Part shown: positions 18,133-26,073 of the stretch, in pieces
How the letters are laid out: each line of letters starts with the position of its first letter
Position numbering within the stretch: position 1 is the stretch's first letter
Translations under genes and position numbers: made by a program
Assembly: GCA_963793485.1 (NCBI GenBank)
Contig: CAWCAB010000001.1
Coordinates: 270,534 to 334,533, forward strand
From: an uncultured Bacteroidota bacterium
Lineage (GTDB): Bacteria; Bacteroidota; Bacteroidia; Bacteroidales; B18-G4
Direction: 5' to 3'
DNA: 64,000 bases
The notes under the pieces: generated by a model
Seen by the model: the letters and a program-made list of their open reading frames with translations, nothing else
What the model was told of the DNA's origin: nothing
The model's database searches: none

Positions 18133-18174
18133 GGATTTTTTGGATTTTGATTTTTGGATTTTGGATTTTCCAAG
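18133..18174. repeat. heptanucleotide array immediately 5' of tRNA-Ser
   Basis: ggatttt ttggatt ttgattt ttggatt ttggatt ttccaag. Confidence 0.85.
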
Positions 18175-18177
18175 TTT

Positions 18178-18267
<90 letters not shown>

Positions 18268-18273
18268 GTAAAA

Positions 18274-18301
18274 GTTTTGGGTGTTGAGTTTTGGGTTTTG
18301 A
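18274..18301. repeat. heptanucleotide array immediately 3' of tRNA-Ser
   Basis: gttttgg gtgttga gttttgg gttttga. Confidence 0.85.
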
Positions 18302-18472
18302 ATTATTATCAATTAACTTATACCTTAAACTCTAAGCCGATCGTTCTTTAACAGGTACATTTAAAATTGTACATACAGAATACAGAATTGTAAATTATTC
18401 GGGGTATAGCCCTTCGGCATGCTCAGGATAAACTCCGTCCGGTTAGCGGAGTAAAATAAATAACGAATAGTA

Positions 18473-18547
18473 CGGGGTATAGCGCAGTCCGGTTAGCGCA
18501 CCTGCTTTGGGAGCAGGGGGTCGTAGGTTCGAATCCTACTACCCCGA
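18473..18547 (+). tRNA. tRNA-Pro (anticodon UGG)
   Basis: Acceptor stem CGGGGTA/TACCCCG. D arm GCGC-AGTCCGGTTA-GCGC. Anticodon stem-loop CCTGC-TTTGGGA-GCAGG. T arm GTAGG-TTCGAAT-CCTAC. Discriminator A, with no encoded CCA. Confidence 0.95.
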
Positions 18548-18558
18548 CAACAAACAAA

Positions 18559-18589
18559 AGCCTCACACGATAGTGTGGGGCTTTTTTTA
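18559..18589 (+). terminator. rho-independent terminator after tRNA-Pro
   Basis: gcctcacac / gtgtggggc hairpin (one U-G pair) followed by ttttttt. Confidence 0.75.
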
Positions 18590-18658
18590 TGCCCGGAAAC
18601 TGCAAGCTTGCTTGTAAGTTTTTGGGCATGAAAAAAGACCATAAGGAGCGAAGCGAGT

Positions 18659-19172
18659 GGGCTTTTGTTTATTGTACCCCCCCCAAGGGATCAGCGAGCG
18701 AAGCGAAGCTAATCCTACCCGAGAAGTGCCTAAAGTATTGGAGTGCCTAGAGTGCCTAAAATGAAGGAGGGCCTTTTGTTGTTGTACCCCCCCCAAGGGA
18801 TCAGCGAGCGAAGCGAAGCTAATCCTACCGAGAAGTGCCTAAAGTATTGGAGTGCGCTAGAGTGCCTAAAGTTAAGCAGTGGGCTTTTGTTGTTGTACCA
18901 CCCCCCAAGGGATCAGCGAGCGAAGCGAAGCTAATCCTACCCGGGAAGTGCCTAAAGTTTGGAGTGCGCTAGAGTACTTAGAGTTTTGCGGGCTTTTGTT
19001 GTTGTACCACCCCCCAAACGGATCAGCGAGCGAAGCGAAGCTCATCCTACCGAGAAGTGCCTAAAGTACTTGGAGTGCCTAGAGTGCCTAAAATGAAGCG
19101 AGTGGGCTTTTGTTTATTGAGCCACTTCCCAAGGGATCAATTTCACGAAGTGGAGTTAATCCTACTACCCCA
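18659..19172 (+). repeat. tandem array of a ~110-nt unit (four full units of 110/112/109/114 nt plus a divergent partial fifth)
   Basis: Units start at 18659, 18769, 18881, 18990 and 19104. Consensus: gggcttttgttgttgtaccccccccaagggatcagcgagcgaagcgaagctaatcctacccgagaagtgcctaaagtattggagtgcctagagtgcctaaaatgaag. Unit lengths are not multiples of 3. Confidence 0.95.
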
Positions 19173-19184
19173 ACTTGAATATCA

Positions 19185-19216
19185 AGGACTTACGAGCAAT
19201 CGTGAGTCCTTTTTTA
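19185..19216 (+). terminator. rho-independent terminator distal to the repeat islet
   Basis: aggacttacg (19185-19194) pairs with cgtgagtcct (19201-19210), followed by a T-run. Confidence 0.7.
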
Positions 19217-19779
19217 TTTCCGGTGTCAACATGGTGTCAGCTACCTGACAGCAAACTTCCTGTTTCCGACCACTTTTCTTTCCGATAACAGTACTGCCGT
19301 ATAAATCCCATGGGGATAACCTATACGCTATTCCATATTAACAAATTCCCCTATAACAAAGTAATACACATATTTATTCCTCACAATATATAACGAATCT
19401 GAACCTCTGTTTTTATATACTGAATCATTAATTTGAAGAAAATTGTTAAGGGAGGTGCATATTCCTGTCAAACTGAGCAGGTCATTCCTGGCCAAATTGA
19501 GTAGTCTTTTTCAATTATAGCAGATTACAGATATTGACGATAACCAGCTAAATGTCAAATAAGAAATTGCTTCATCTAAACAGGAGTTACATGCTTTGCT
19601 AAAACAGGAATCAGCTGTTTTCCTTGATAGGATTTTCCAGACAGTAAACTTATTTGATTTTTAAACCAACTTTTTGGCGTCGATTGGAAAGATTGACTGC
19701 ACAATCTTGAAATTCGCTTTAAGATTTTGTACCTTGTCAGGTTAATGGAGAAGTCATGAGCCTTCAATAGACAGTACTT

Positions 19780-20583
19780 ATGTATACTAAAAAGCCATCG
19801 GATCAAGAACTTAGAAAGATTTCCCGGGAAGTCCGGGCTGAAATTATCAGGAGCCTTGCTGAAGCTGGCTCAGGGAACACCGGAGGCTCTCTTGAATTGG
19901 CCGATATTTTCACCTGCCTGTATTTTGGTGTTATGAAACACCATTGCCAGGATCCGGGTACTAAGGAACGTGATCGCCTGATCCTCTCCATTGAACATGT
20001 TTCTTCTGTACTGTACGCTGCCATGGCCATGGCAGGATGCTTCTCTCGGGAGGAATTAAATACCCTAAGGGAACTAGGATTACCTGGCAACAAGGACTCC
20101 TCAGTATCAGCAGGACAAGGCTTATCTTTAGCTATTCAATTGGCCATCAATGCCAGAAAGGAGAACAAAGATTACCATATCTACAGCATACTCAAAGATG
20201 GGGACCTGGATGAGCGCATCGTACGGAAAGCAGCCATGAAAGCCGCTCATAACAATCTCAGCAAGCTAACGATTCTCCTCAACAGGAATAGAGCACCAAA
20301 CGATGACAAGGCGGTAGGTGTAAAGAGCATTGAACTAACTACCGAAAAATGGAAATCTTTTGGCTGGCATGTGATCCATTGTGATGGCCATGTGCATGAA
20401 GAGGTGTTTTCTGCCTATGAAGAAGCCATAAATACCAATGAAAAACCGAGTGTGATCCTGGCAGATACAATCATGGGAAAAGGTGTTTCCAGTATAGAGG
20501 GAGACCAATACTGGCAAAGCAAGGCCCCTTCGAAAGCAGAAGCGGAGGATTTCCTCAAGGAAATAGAAAAGGGTATCTCATGA
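19780..20583 (+). CDS. transketolase N-terminal-subunit homolog, catalytically degenerate, with no partner C-terminal subunit
   Basis: 267 aa, colinear with split transketolase N-subunits. SGNTGGSL replaces SGHxGGSLS, LSIEHVSS replaces LSKGH, GNK replaces GHP, KDGDLDER replaces GDGExxEG. Confidence 0.6.
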   Translation: MYTKKPSDQELRKISREVRAEIIRSLAEAGSGNTGGSLELADIFTCLYFGVMKHHCQDPGTKERDRLILSIEHVSSVLYAAMAMAGCFSREELNTLRELGLPGNKDSSVSAGQGLSLAIQLAINARKENKDYHIYSILKDGDLDERIVRKAAMKAAHNNLSKLTILLNRNRAPNDDKAVGVKSIELTTEKWKSFGWHVIHCDGHVHEEVFSAYEEAINTNEKPSVILADTIMGKGVSSIEGDQYWQSKAPSKAEAEDFLKEIEKGIS

Positions 20584-20602
20584 TACTTCAATTAAAGTGA
20601 CA

Positions 20603-20675
20603 GGAAGCGAATCTAATCCTGGACAGAAGTGCCTAAAGTACTTGGAGTGCCTGGAATGACGCTTTTATTGTTGTT
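20603..20675 (+). repeat. dispersed partial copy of the 110-nt tRNA-Pro-islet unit
   Basis: ggaagcgaatctaatcctggacagaagtgcctaaagtacttggagtgcctggaatgacgcttttattgttgt aligns with the central and 3' part of the tandem unit. Confidence 0.8.
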
Positions 20676-20702
20676 CCTCCTCCCTTTCCTCATTTTATCG
20701 CC

Positions 20703-21320
20703 TTATTCTACAGAATACAGAACGCGTAAATAATCAATACCTACCTTTTGTTTTCCGTGAATTTTAAAACCAACCATATTACCAAAAAAGCTTTGAAAAG
20801 GATTTACTGCAATAAGAGAACCATTTGAATAAAATTTTAATTCGTCCCCTTCTTTTATTATCATCAGCCTATTTGTACTTCCTACTCCTATATTGATATA
20901 TTCACTTTCTGTCCAGGGTATAATTTCTGTTTCTTTGCCATTTCTTTTTTTAAAAAATTTGAATTCGCCTCTATGGTTTATTATGAAACAATAATAATTT
21001 TTCACATCTGAGAAGCCAAAACAGATTCCGTATCCGTTTGTTTTACTTGTACTTATTTTTGTTATTGATGTTTCTATCTCAAAATTTTTACTTTCATCTA
21101 TTTCCATCTTATACGTTACCTTCACAGCTCCCCTCTTCTTTAGGACTTCAATATAATAATAGCCATCTTCTATGCTGTATGATACTGACTTACCATCCTG
21201 CGAAAAAGGTCTATTGTAATTGAATTCATCGAAATATAGCATTCGACATTTGGACTGAGCCAGTGAAGATGAATTAATTAAAATGCAAAACAGAGTTATA
21301 ATAATTGGAATATTTCTCAT
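20703..21320 (-). CDS. hypothetical secreted protein
   Basis: 205 aa with a signal peptide (MRNIPIIITLFCILINSSSLAQ). Preceded by cassette copy C2. Confidence 0.55.
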   Translation of the reverse strand: MRNIPIIITLFCILINSSSLAQSKCRMLYFDEFNYNRPFSQDGKSVSYSIEDGYYYIEVLKKRGAVKVTYKMEIDESKNFEIETSITKISTSKTNGYGICFGFSDVKNYYCFIINHRGEFKFFKKRNGKETEIIPWTESEYINIGVGSTNRLMIIKEGDELKFYSNGSLIAVNPFQSFFGNMVGFKIHGKQKVGIDYLRVLYSVE

Positions 21321-21421
21321 AGCTCCACTATTTGAGGTTAATAGCCATTGATTAAGCAGAGCATTTGGAGGGTTCTCCTTTGGAGATGTAAATATACTAA
21401 ATCACAGAGGCTTAGTCAAGG
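21321..21421 (-). promoter_or_regulatory. conserved promoter/5'-leader cassette, copy C2
   Basis: Sense strand: ccttgactaagcctctgtgatttagtatatttacatctccaaaggagaaccctccaaatgctctgcttaatcaatggctattaacctcaaatagtggagct-ATG. Confidence 0.5.
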
Positions 21422-21504
21422 TTTTGAGTGTTGGGTGTTGGATGTTGAATTATTTTCGATTTTCGATCCTCGATTTTCGATCCTCCTTGTTCCTCTGTTC
21501 TCTA
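21421..21504. repeat. heptanucleotide tandem array, 12 units
   Basis: gttttga gtgttgg gtgttgg atgttga attattt tcgattt tcgatcc tcgattt tcgatcc tccttgt tcctctg ttctcta. Confidence 0.95.
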
Positions 21505-21585
21505 TTCTACCAGGAGCTTCTGCCTGATCTTCCTGCCCTCAACCGTCACCTCCACGATGTACATAGCGGAAAGTATAACATTAAT
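21502..21585 (-). pseudogene. 27-codon relic of a T9SS C-terminal sorting domain (3' gene fragment only)
   Basis: The reverse strand reads (stop)INVILSAMYIVEVTVEGRKIRQKLLVE*. There are 8 mismatches in 63 nt against the 3' end of the 28307-29857 gene (manual alignment). An in-frame stop lies immediately upstream. Confidence 0.8.
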
Positions 21586-21717
21586 CTAAGCTATATGATA
21601 AATAGTTGTGGGCCCACCAGGAGTTGAGCGATTATCTAATCTCTTGTAACACAATTAACTAAAAATCTACAAATTAAAAATGCGGGTGAAATGTATGACA
21701 CTCAAAATTGGCCAGGT

Positions 21718-22146
21718 CTACTTTCTAACCACCAGCAGATGCGCTTTATGACTTGCCCTTGTTTTTACACAACCTATGATCTGGCCGCTAATGGTTTCCT
21801 CTTCGTTTATTGTAGCAAATACCTTATGTATATTTTCTATTTGCTCTGAATCAGAACCTAAGGTAACATCAACACCATTTGCACGGTATGCTATCCATGA
21901 GCCACACTGCATACAATCATCAACTGTCAGCACTATGGCATACTTATATTTAGCGTCAATAGTCAGTGTGTCAGTGCTAATCTCGGTGAATACGCTGATA
22001 TCGAAGTAACCTTCTTCAACGATCTCCCACATATCATCTATGAGTTCATCTTTTGCAGCATTAACTACTGTTTTCATCTCTTCCGTCTGAGCGAATAATG
22101 TGCTAACACACATTGACATTAAAACAATAATCAATAGTTTTTTCAT
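21718..22146 (-). CDS. hypothetical secreted protein
   Basis: 142 aa with a signal peptide (MKKLLIIVLMSMCVSTLFAQ). Preceded by cassette copy C3. Confidence 0.55.
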   Translation of the reverse strand: MKKLLIIVLMSMCVSTLFAQTEEMKTVVNAAKDELIDDMWEIVEEGYFDISVFTEISTDTLTIDAKYKYAIVLTVDDCMQCGSWIAYRANGVDVTLGSDSEQIENIHKVFATINEEETISGQIIGCVKTRASHKAHLLVVRK

Positions 22147-22247
22147 AGCTCTACTATTTTAGGTTAATAGCTTATGATTAAGCAGAGTATAAGGAAGGTT
22201 CTCCTATGGTCCTGTAAAGATACTAAATCGCAGGGCCAGAATCAAGG
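22147..22247 (-). promoter_or_regulatory. conserved promoter/5'-leader cassette, copy C3
   Basis: Sense strand: ccttgattctggccctgcgatttagtatctttacaggaccataggagaaccttccttatactctgcttaatcataagctattaacctaaaatagtagagct-ATG. Confidence 0.5.
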
Positions 22248-22468
22248 TGTTGGGTGTCTGGTGCTGAGATCCACACCAGCAGATTTAAATCTATAATTAC
22301 ATCCTCTGCTTTCGTCTCTTCTTTACCGGGATAATATTATAGATTCTTATTTGGATGCTTTTTCTTAGGCCGATTAATTTCGAAATCCCAATTCTCCTTG
22401 GTGCCAGAAAATCCCAGATGGATATATTTACTTTTCCCTTGCTCTTTTGATTCAGTGTTTAGAATACA

Positions 22469-24334
22469 TTAATCCTTCACGCAGCGGCACCCGAAATAGG
22501 CGGCATCATTTATAGGACCAAGTATAGCACCTAAAGAGATTCCGTAGGATGAAAACCCAGCTTCTTCGAAGCTATTCAAGCCAAAGGTTAAAATTTGAGC
22601 AGGATCGTTATTAATGAATGACGATGTCCAAAAAGCAGCGCCATTACCTATCCCGCGATAGGTTCCAAGGGCAGTGTTGAAATACCCCTGTGCCAATCCA
22701 TTGAATTCACTGGAGTTGCGCAGCGGATCCGTAAGGCTTTGAGGGTCATCATTCCACGTTAGGGCCGACTTTAACTTAATACCCACTTTTTCTGATATGC
22801 CAAGAACGCCTGACGTATCTGTATTTATCTGACTGCCACCTATTTCGCTTATCATTTTGTTCAACTCCTCCCGGGTAGGAAGGTGCCAGCCTTCCGGGCA
22901 GATACCCTGAACAGCCTGCCCACCGGGAGGAACCGGGTCGTCACCGTTCAACATTTGCAAGGGCTGATACAAGCGTCCATAACTGCTGCAATTTCCCGGA
23001 CTATCATCATAACATTTACTGCCGGGCGCGTTATATCTCAAATTTTCAACCATCCATGTTTTACCGCCAATACACTCATATTTATAGGTCTCTCCATCTC
23101 TTGGATCTGTGAAAGTGCCCGCATCGTCACACCCGCCATAGCACCATGTTGGCGATTTGAAATGTTTGAAATATAATTTTTTTCCTTCTCTTGGTTTATA
23201 TAATCCAAATTCGGAACCATCGGACTGAAGATGTGCGATACCTGTGCTGTCTTTATCATTGATCAGCGAATTGATGAGAGAGTCTTCCATTTGTTTGCTA
23301 AAGAGGTTGTCTACAGTACTGGAGCGCAAATCATTGAAAGCATAAGCATAATAGCTAATTGGATTTTTATTAATAAACGCGATACCCATAACGAGTTTCG
23401 AATACCCTGTTTTTGTAATGCCACTGTAGCACATATTGGCAAAGACCACCGTATTGGGTAAATCAGGTGATGCTTTAATATATTCTGAGGTTATCCAAAG
23501 TTCATATTCCCGGTTTTCTATTGAATGAATTGGTGAATTATACCAGTCAATATTGGAGATAAAAAAGTCACACTTTGCCGTTACACCTAATTTACATTTC
23601 CCGGTCAGTAATTTGTCATAATTGGCACTTCCGATTTTCTGAATGATGTAGGCTTTGAATTGGCTGGAATCTGGCGGCGGTGTGGAAGTAACGGAAAATT
23701 TAGTTCCCGTCAGGAACGAAATACCCGCCCCATGCGTATCCATGATCACAAGGCCATAATCCTTAAATGTTTCGAACACTTCAGGGGTGCATTGTGCATC
23801 TTTCAACAGGGTAACCTCATACTCCTGGTCCGCATTGGCAAAGAGATCCAGTATTCTTTGCATTTCTGCTTGTTTATAAAACTCACTGTATGCGGCTGCA
23901 TAGATCAGGACTTTTTTGTTCTCAATGATGTTGGAGCAACCTTCTGATGACGACTGCAAATTGGTTAATCTGCCTCCGGAAGAACCGCCTCCGCGATAAA
24001 CACTGAATCCATCCTGGTCTATTTCGTTGAAGTGAAACATCGTTTGAAGGCCTGTGGTCATTTGTATATGGATGTAGATGCTATCAACCACTTCCGTGGT
24101 AGCAACCCCGGCTTGTGTTCTTATCCAATCATCGGTAAGCATAATGGCTTCACATGGATTGCCATTTGTGGTGGCTGCAAAATCAAGAAATTGATCGTAA
24201 GTTTTGTTTAAGAGCATATACACCTCAAACATAGCACGGTCCGTTTCTTCACTGTTTGTAATATCATCTTTCTTTTTACAGTTGAATAAGAGGAGGATTG
24301 CAAGTAGAAATGTTAATGATGTTTTCCAGTTCAT
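22469..24334 (-). CDS. large lipoprotein with C-terminal FISUMP domain
   Basis: 621 aa. Lipobox LLLFN-C followed by KKKDD. C-terminal ~200 aa: WMVENLRYNA...CPEGWHLPTREELNKMI...FWTSS...CRCVKD. Confidence 0.75.
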   Translation of the reverse strand: MNWKTSLTFLLAILLLFNCKKKDDITNSEETDRAMFEVYMLLNKTYDQFLDFAATTNGNPCEAIMLTDDWIRTQAGVATTEVVDSIYIHIQMTTGLQTMFHFNEIDQDGFSVYRGGGSSGGRLTNLQSSSEGCSNIIENKKVLIYAAAYSEFYKQAEMQRILDLFANADQEYEVTLLKDAQCTPEVFETFKDYGLVIMDTHGAGISFLTGTKFSVTSTPPPDSSQFKAYIIQKIGSANYDKLLTGKCKLGVTAKCDFFISNIDWYNSPIHSIENREYELWITSEYIKASPDLPNTVVFANMCYSGITKTGYSKLVMGIAFINKNPISYYAYAFNDLRSSTVDNLFSKQMEDSLINSLINDKDSTGIAHLQSDGSEFGLYKPREGKKLYFKHFKSPTWCYGGCDDAGTFTDPRDGETYKYECIGGKTWMVENLRYNAPGSKCYDDSPGNCSSYGRLYQPLQMLNGDDPVPPGGQAVQGICPEGWHLPTREELNKMISEIGGSQINTDTSGVLGISEKVGIKLKSALTWNDDPQSLTDPLRNSSEFNGLAQGYFNTALGTYRGIGNGAAFWTSSFINNDPAQILTFGLNSFEEAGFSSYGISLGAILGPINDAAYFGCRCVKD

Positions 24335-24494
24335 GGCGATTATTTTTTTTGCGACACTAATATTTATCTAAATTGCATATGATGTTGCTTAACTTGATCA
24401 TTTGGCAACCTTTTGTTTCTTTATACACCAATACAGGGTCGTAAGCAAGAGGACTGAGCGATGTAGACGATTGAGCGAGCTAAGGATTTCCAGC

Positions 24495-25841
24495 TTACTT
24501 CATCAATACCATCTTTCCACCACCAACCTTATCTCCAGCCTGAATCCAGAAGTAATACATTCCAATAGACAGTCCTTCAGCGTTCCATTGTACCTTCTGT
24601 TCGCCCTTAGTCTGTTCCTGAACGATCTTCTCGACGAGCTGACCTTGGGGGTTGAAGATGTTTATTGTAACGGTAGAAGGCTTCGAGAGGGTATAGGAGA
24701 GCGTTGTTGAGGTGGTGAAGGGATTGGGGTATTGATAAATTGTAATACTATTCGTATTTGACAATGACAACTCCTTTAAGCCCACCCCAGAATTGTTCGT
24801 ATGCAATATCGTACCACTATCGGCTGCAATCCATCCTTCTTCCTCATTGATAAAGCATACACTGTTTAACCTTTGTTTTGTTCCTGCATCTTGTTCTATC
24901 CAGCTATCTCCGCCGTCTTGTGTATGAAGTATAAGAGACCATTCATAAGATGTCGACCACATTCCTCCTACTGCCCATCCTGTGTTATTGTTGATAAAAC
25001 AGACACTTGTCAGTGCATAATCCAGGCTATTTGTCGTATTGTAGAATGTTGAATCCCATTGGATGCCTCCATTGTTCGTTCGAAGTATGCTTGGAATTGG
25101 TTCAAAACCCCATATTCGATTAATCCCCACAGCCCATCCATTTTCAGTGTCTGTGAAACATACACTATTTAATGGGGAATAAACACCTACGGAGTTGATT
25201 TGCTCTTCCCAGGTGATACCACCACTTGTCGTTTTAAGGATGGAACAATATGGTTGTCCGCTGCTGCCGGCGACAAAACCACCAACCACCCATCCGGTAT
25301 CAGGATCAGTAAAATGTATGCTTTTTAAAGGCATAAGGTAAAATGGTTCTTGCCTGTACCAGCTTATACCACCATCATCACTGTGAAGGATTGTACCACG
25401 TATCAGCCAACCAACGCTGTATGATCCCACTGCCCATCCATGAAGTGAATCGGTAAAGTAAATGTCAGTTAACCAACACAAAGAATCAACATACACCTCC
25501 TCCCAACTTAACCCTCCATTACAAGTTCGCAAAATAATCCCAAGTTCTGGATGCTTATACATCCCACCAGCAATCCAGCCATTGAGAGAATCTATAAATC
25601 TGACACTCCGTAAATAGTTGTCTGTCCCACTTAATTGTTGAAACCAATTATCTCCACCATCTGATGTATGCAGGATAATGCCCTCAGATCCAACTGCCCA
25701 ACCATTATCATTGTCAACAAAGAATATACTCGTTAAACTATTGTTTGTTCCGCTATTTTGAGGTAGCCATTGAGCAAATGCACCATCTATGGAGAATAGT
25801 GATAAGTGAACTGCAATTACAATTGTTGCAAATATTTTCAT
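24495..25841 (-). CDS. T9SS cargo: BNR/Asp-box beta-propeller protein (Ycf48/sortilin-like)
   Basis: 448 aa. Repeated Asp-boxes SDGGDNW, CNGGLSW, DDGGISW, TSGGITW, NNGGIQW and QDGGDSW. C-terminal CTD (YQYPNPFTTSTTLSY...GMYYFWIQAGDKVGGGKMVLMK). Confidence 0.8.
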   Translation of the reverse strand: MKIFATIVIAVHLSLFSIDGAFAQWLPQNSGTNNSLTSIFFVDNDNGWAVGSEGIILHTSDGGDNWFQQLSGTDNYLRSVRFIDSLNGWIAGGMYKHPELGIILRTCNGGLSWEEVYVDSLCWLTDIYFTDSLHGWAVGSYSVGWLIRGTILHSDDGGISWYRQEPFYLMPLKSIHFTDPDTGWVVGGFVAGSSGQPYCSILKTTSGGITWEEQINSVGVYSPLNSVCFTDTENGWAVGINRIWGFEPIPSILRTNNGGIQWDSTFYNTTNSLDYALTSVCFINNNTGWAVGGMWSTSYEWSLILHTQDGGDSWIEQDAGTKQRLNSVCFINEEEGWIAADSGTILHTNNSGVGLKELSLSNTNSITIYQYPNPFTTSTTLSYTLSKPSTVTINIFNPQGQLVEKIVQEQTKGEQKVQWNAEGLSIGMYYFWIQAGDKVGGGKMVLMK

Positions 25842-25941
25842 AGCTCTACTATTTTAGGTTAATCGCTTTTGATTAAGCAGAGCGTAAGGAGGATTCCCCT
25901 TGGTGGTGTAAATATACTAAATCACAGGGCGATAAGCAAGG
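25842..25941 (-). promoter_or_regulatory. conserved promoter/5'-leader cassette, copy C4
   Basis: Sense strand: ccttgcttatcgccctgtgatttagtatatttacaccaccaaggggaatcctccttacgctctgcttaatcaaaagcgattaacctaaaatagtagagct-ATG. Confidence 0.5.
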
Positions 25942-26071
25942 TGTTAGGTCTTGGGTGCTAGGTGTTAGGTGTTGGATGCTGGATGCTGGATGCTAGATGC
26001 TGGATGCTGGATACTGGATACTTGATATTCGATACTCGTTGCTCGATACTCGATATTCCATGTCCGTTATT
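25939..26071. repeat. heptanucleotide tandem array, 19 in-phase units
   Basis: aggtgtt aggtctt gggtgct aggtgtt aggtgtt ggatgct x3 agatgct ggatgct ggatact x2 tgatatt cgatact cgttgct cgatact cgatatt ccatgtc cgttatt. Confidence 0.95.
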
Positions 26072-26073
26072 TA

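Noticed and set aside
18659-19172. The ~110-nt tandem repeats looked at first like a possible CRISPR array.
   Set aside because: The units abut directly with no unique spacers and are far longer than CRISPR repeats. They lack a palindromic repeat core, and no cas genes are present in the window.
18743-19248. ORF-track entries 18743-18934, 18879-19064 and 19057-19248 (+) and 18587-18796 (-), with similar peptide sequences.
   Set aside because: They are read-throughs of the tandem repeat units. The unit lengths (109-114 nt) are not multiples of three, so the frame is not maintained between units. They have no start context or domain.
24440-24494. A possible heptamer array after the BNR-propeller gene (gagcg-containing repeats).
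   Set aside because: The recurring gagcg blocks are not spaced at multiples of 7 (about 17 nt), so it was not counted as a phased array.
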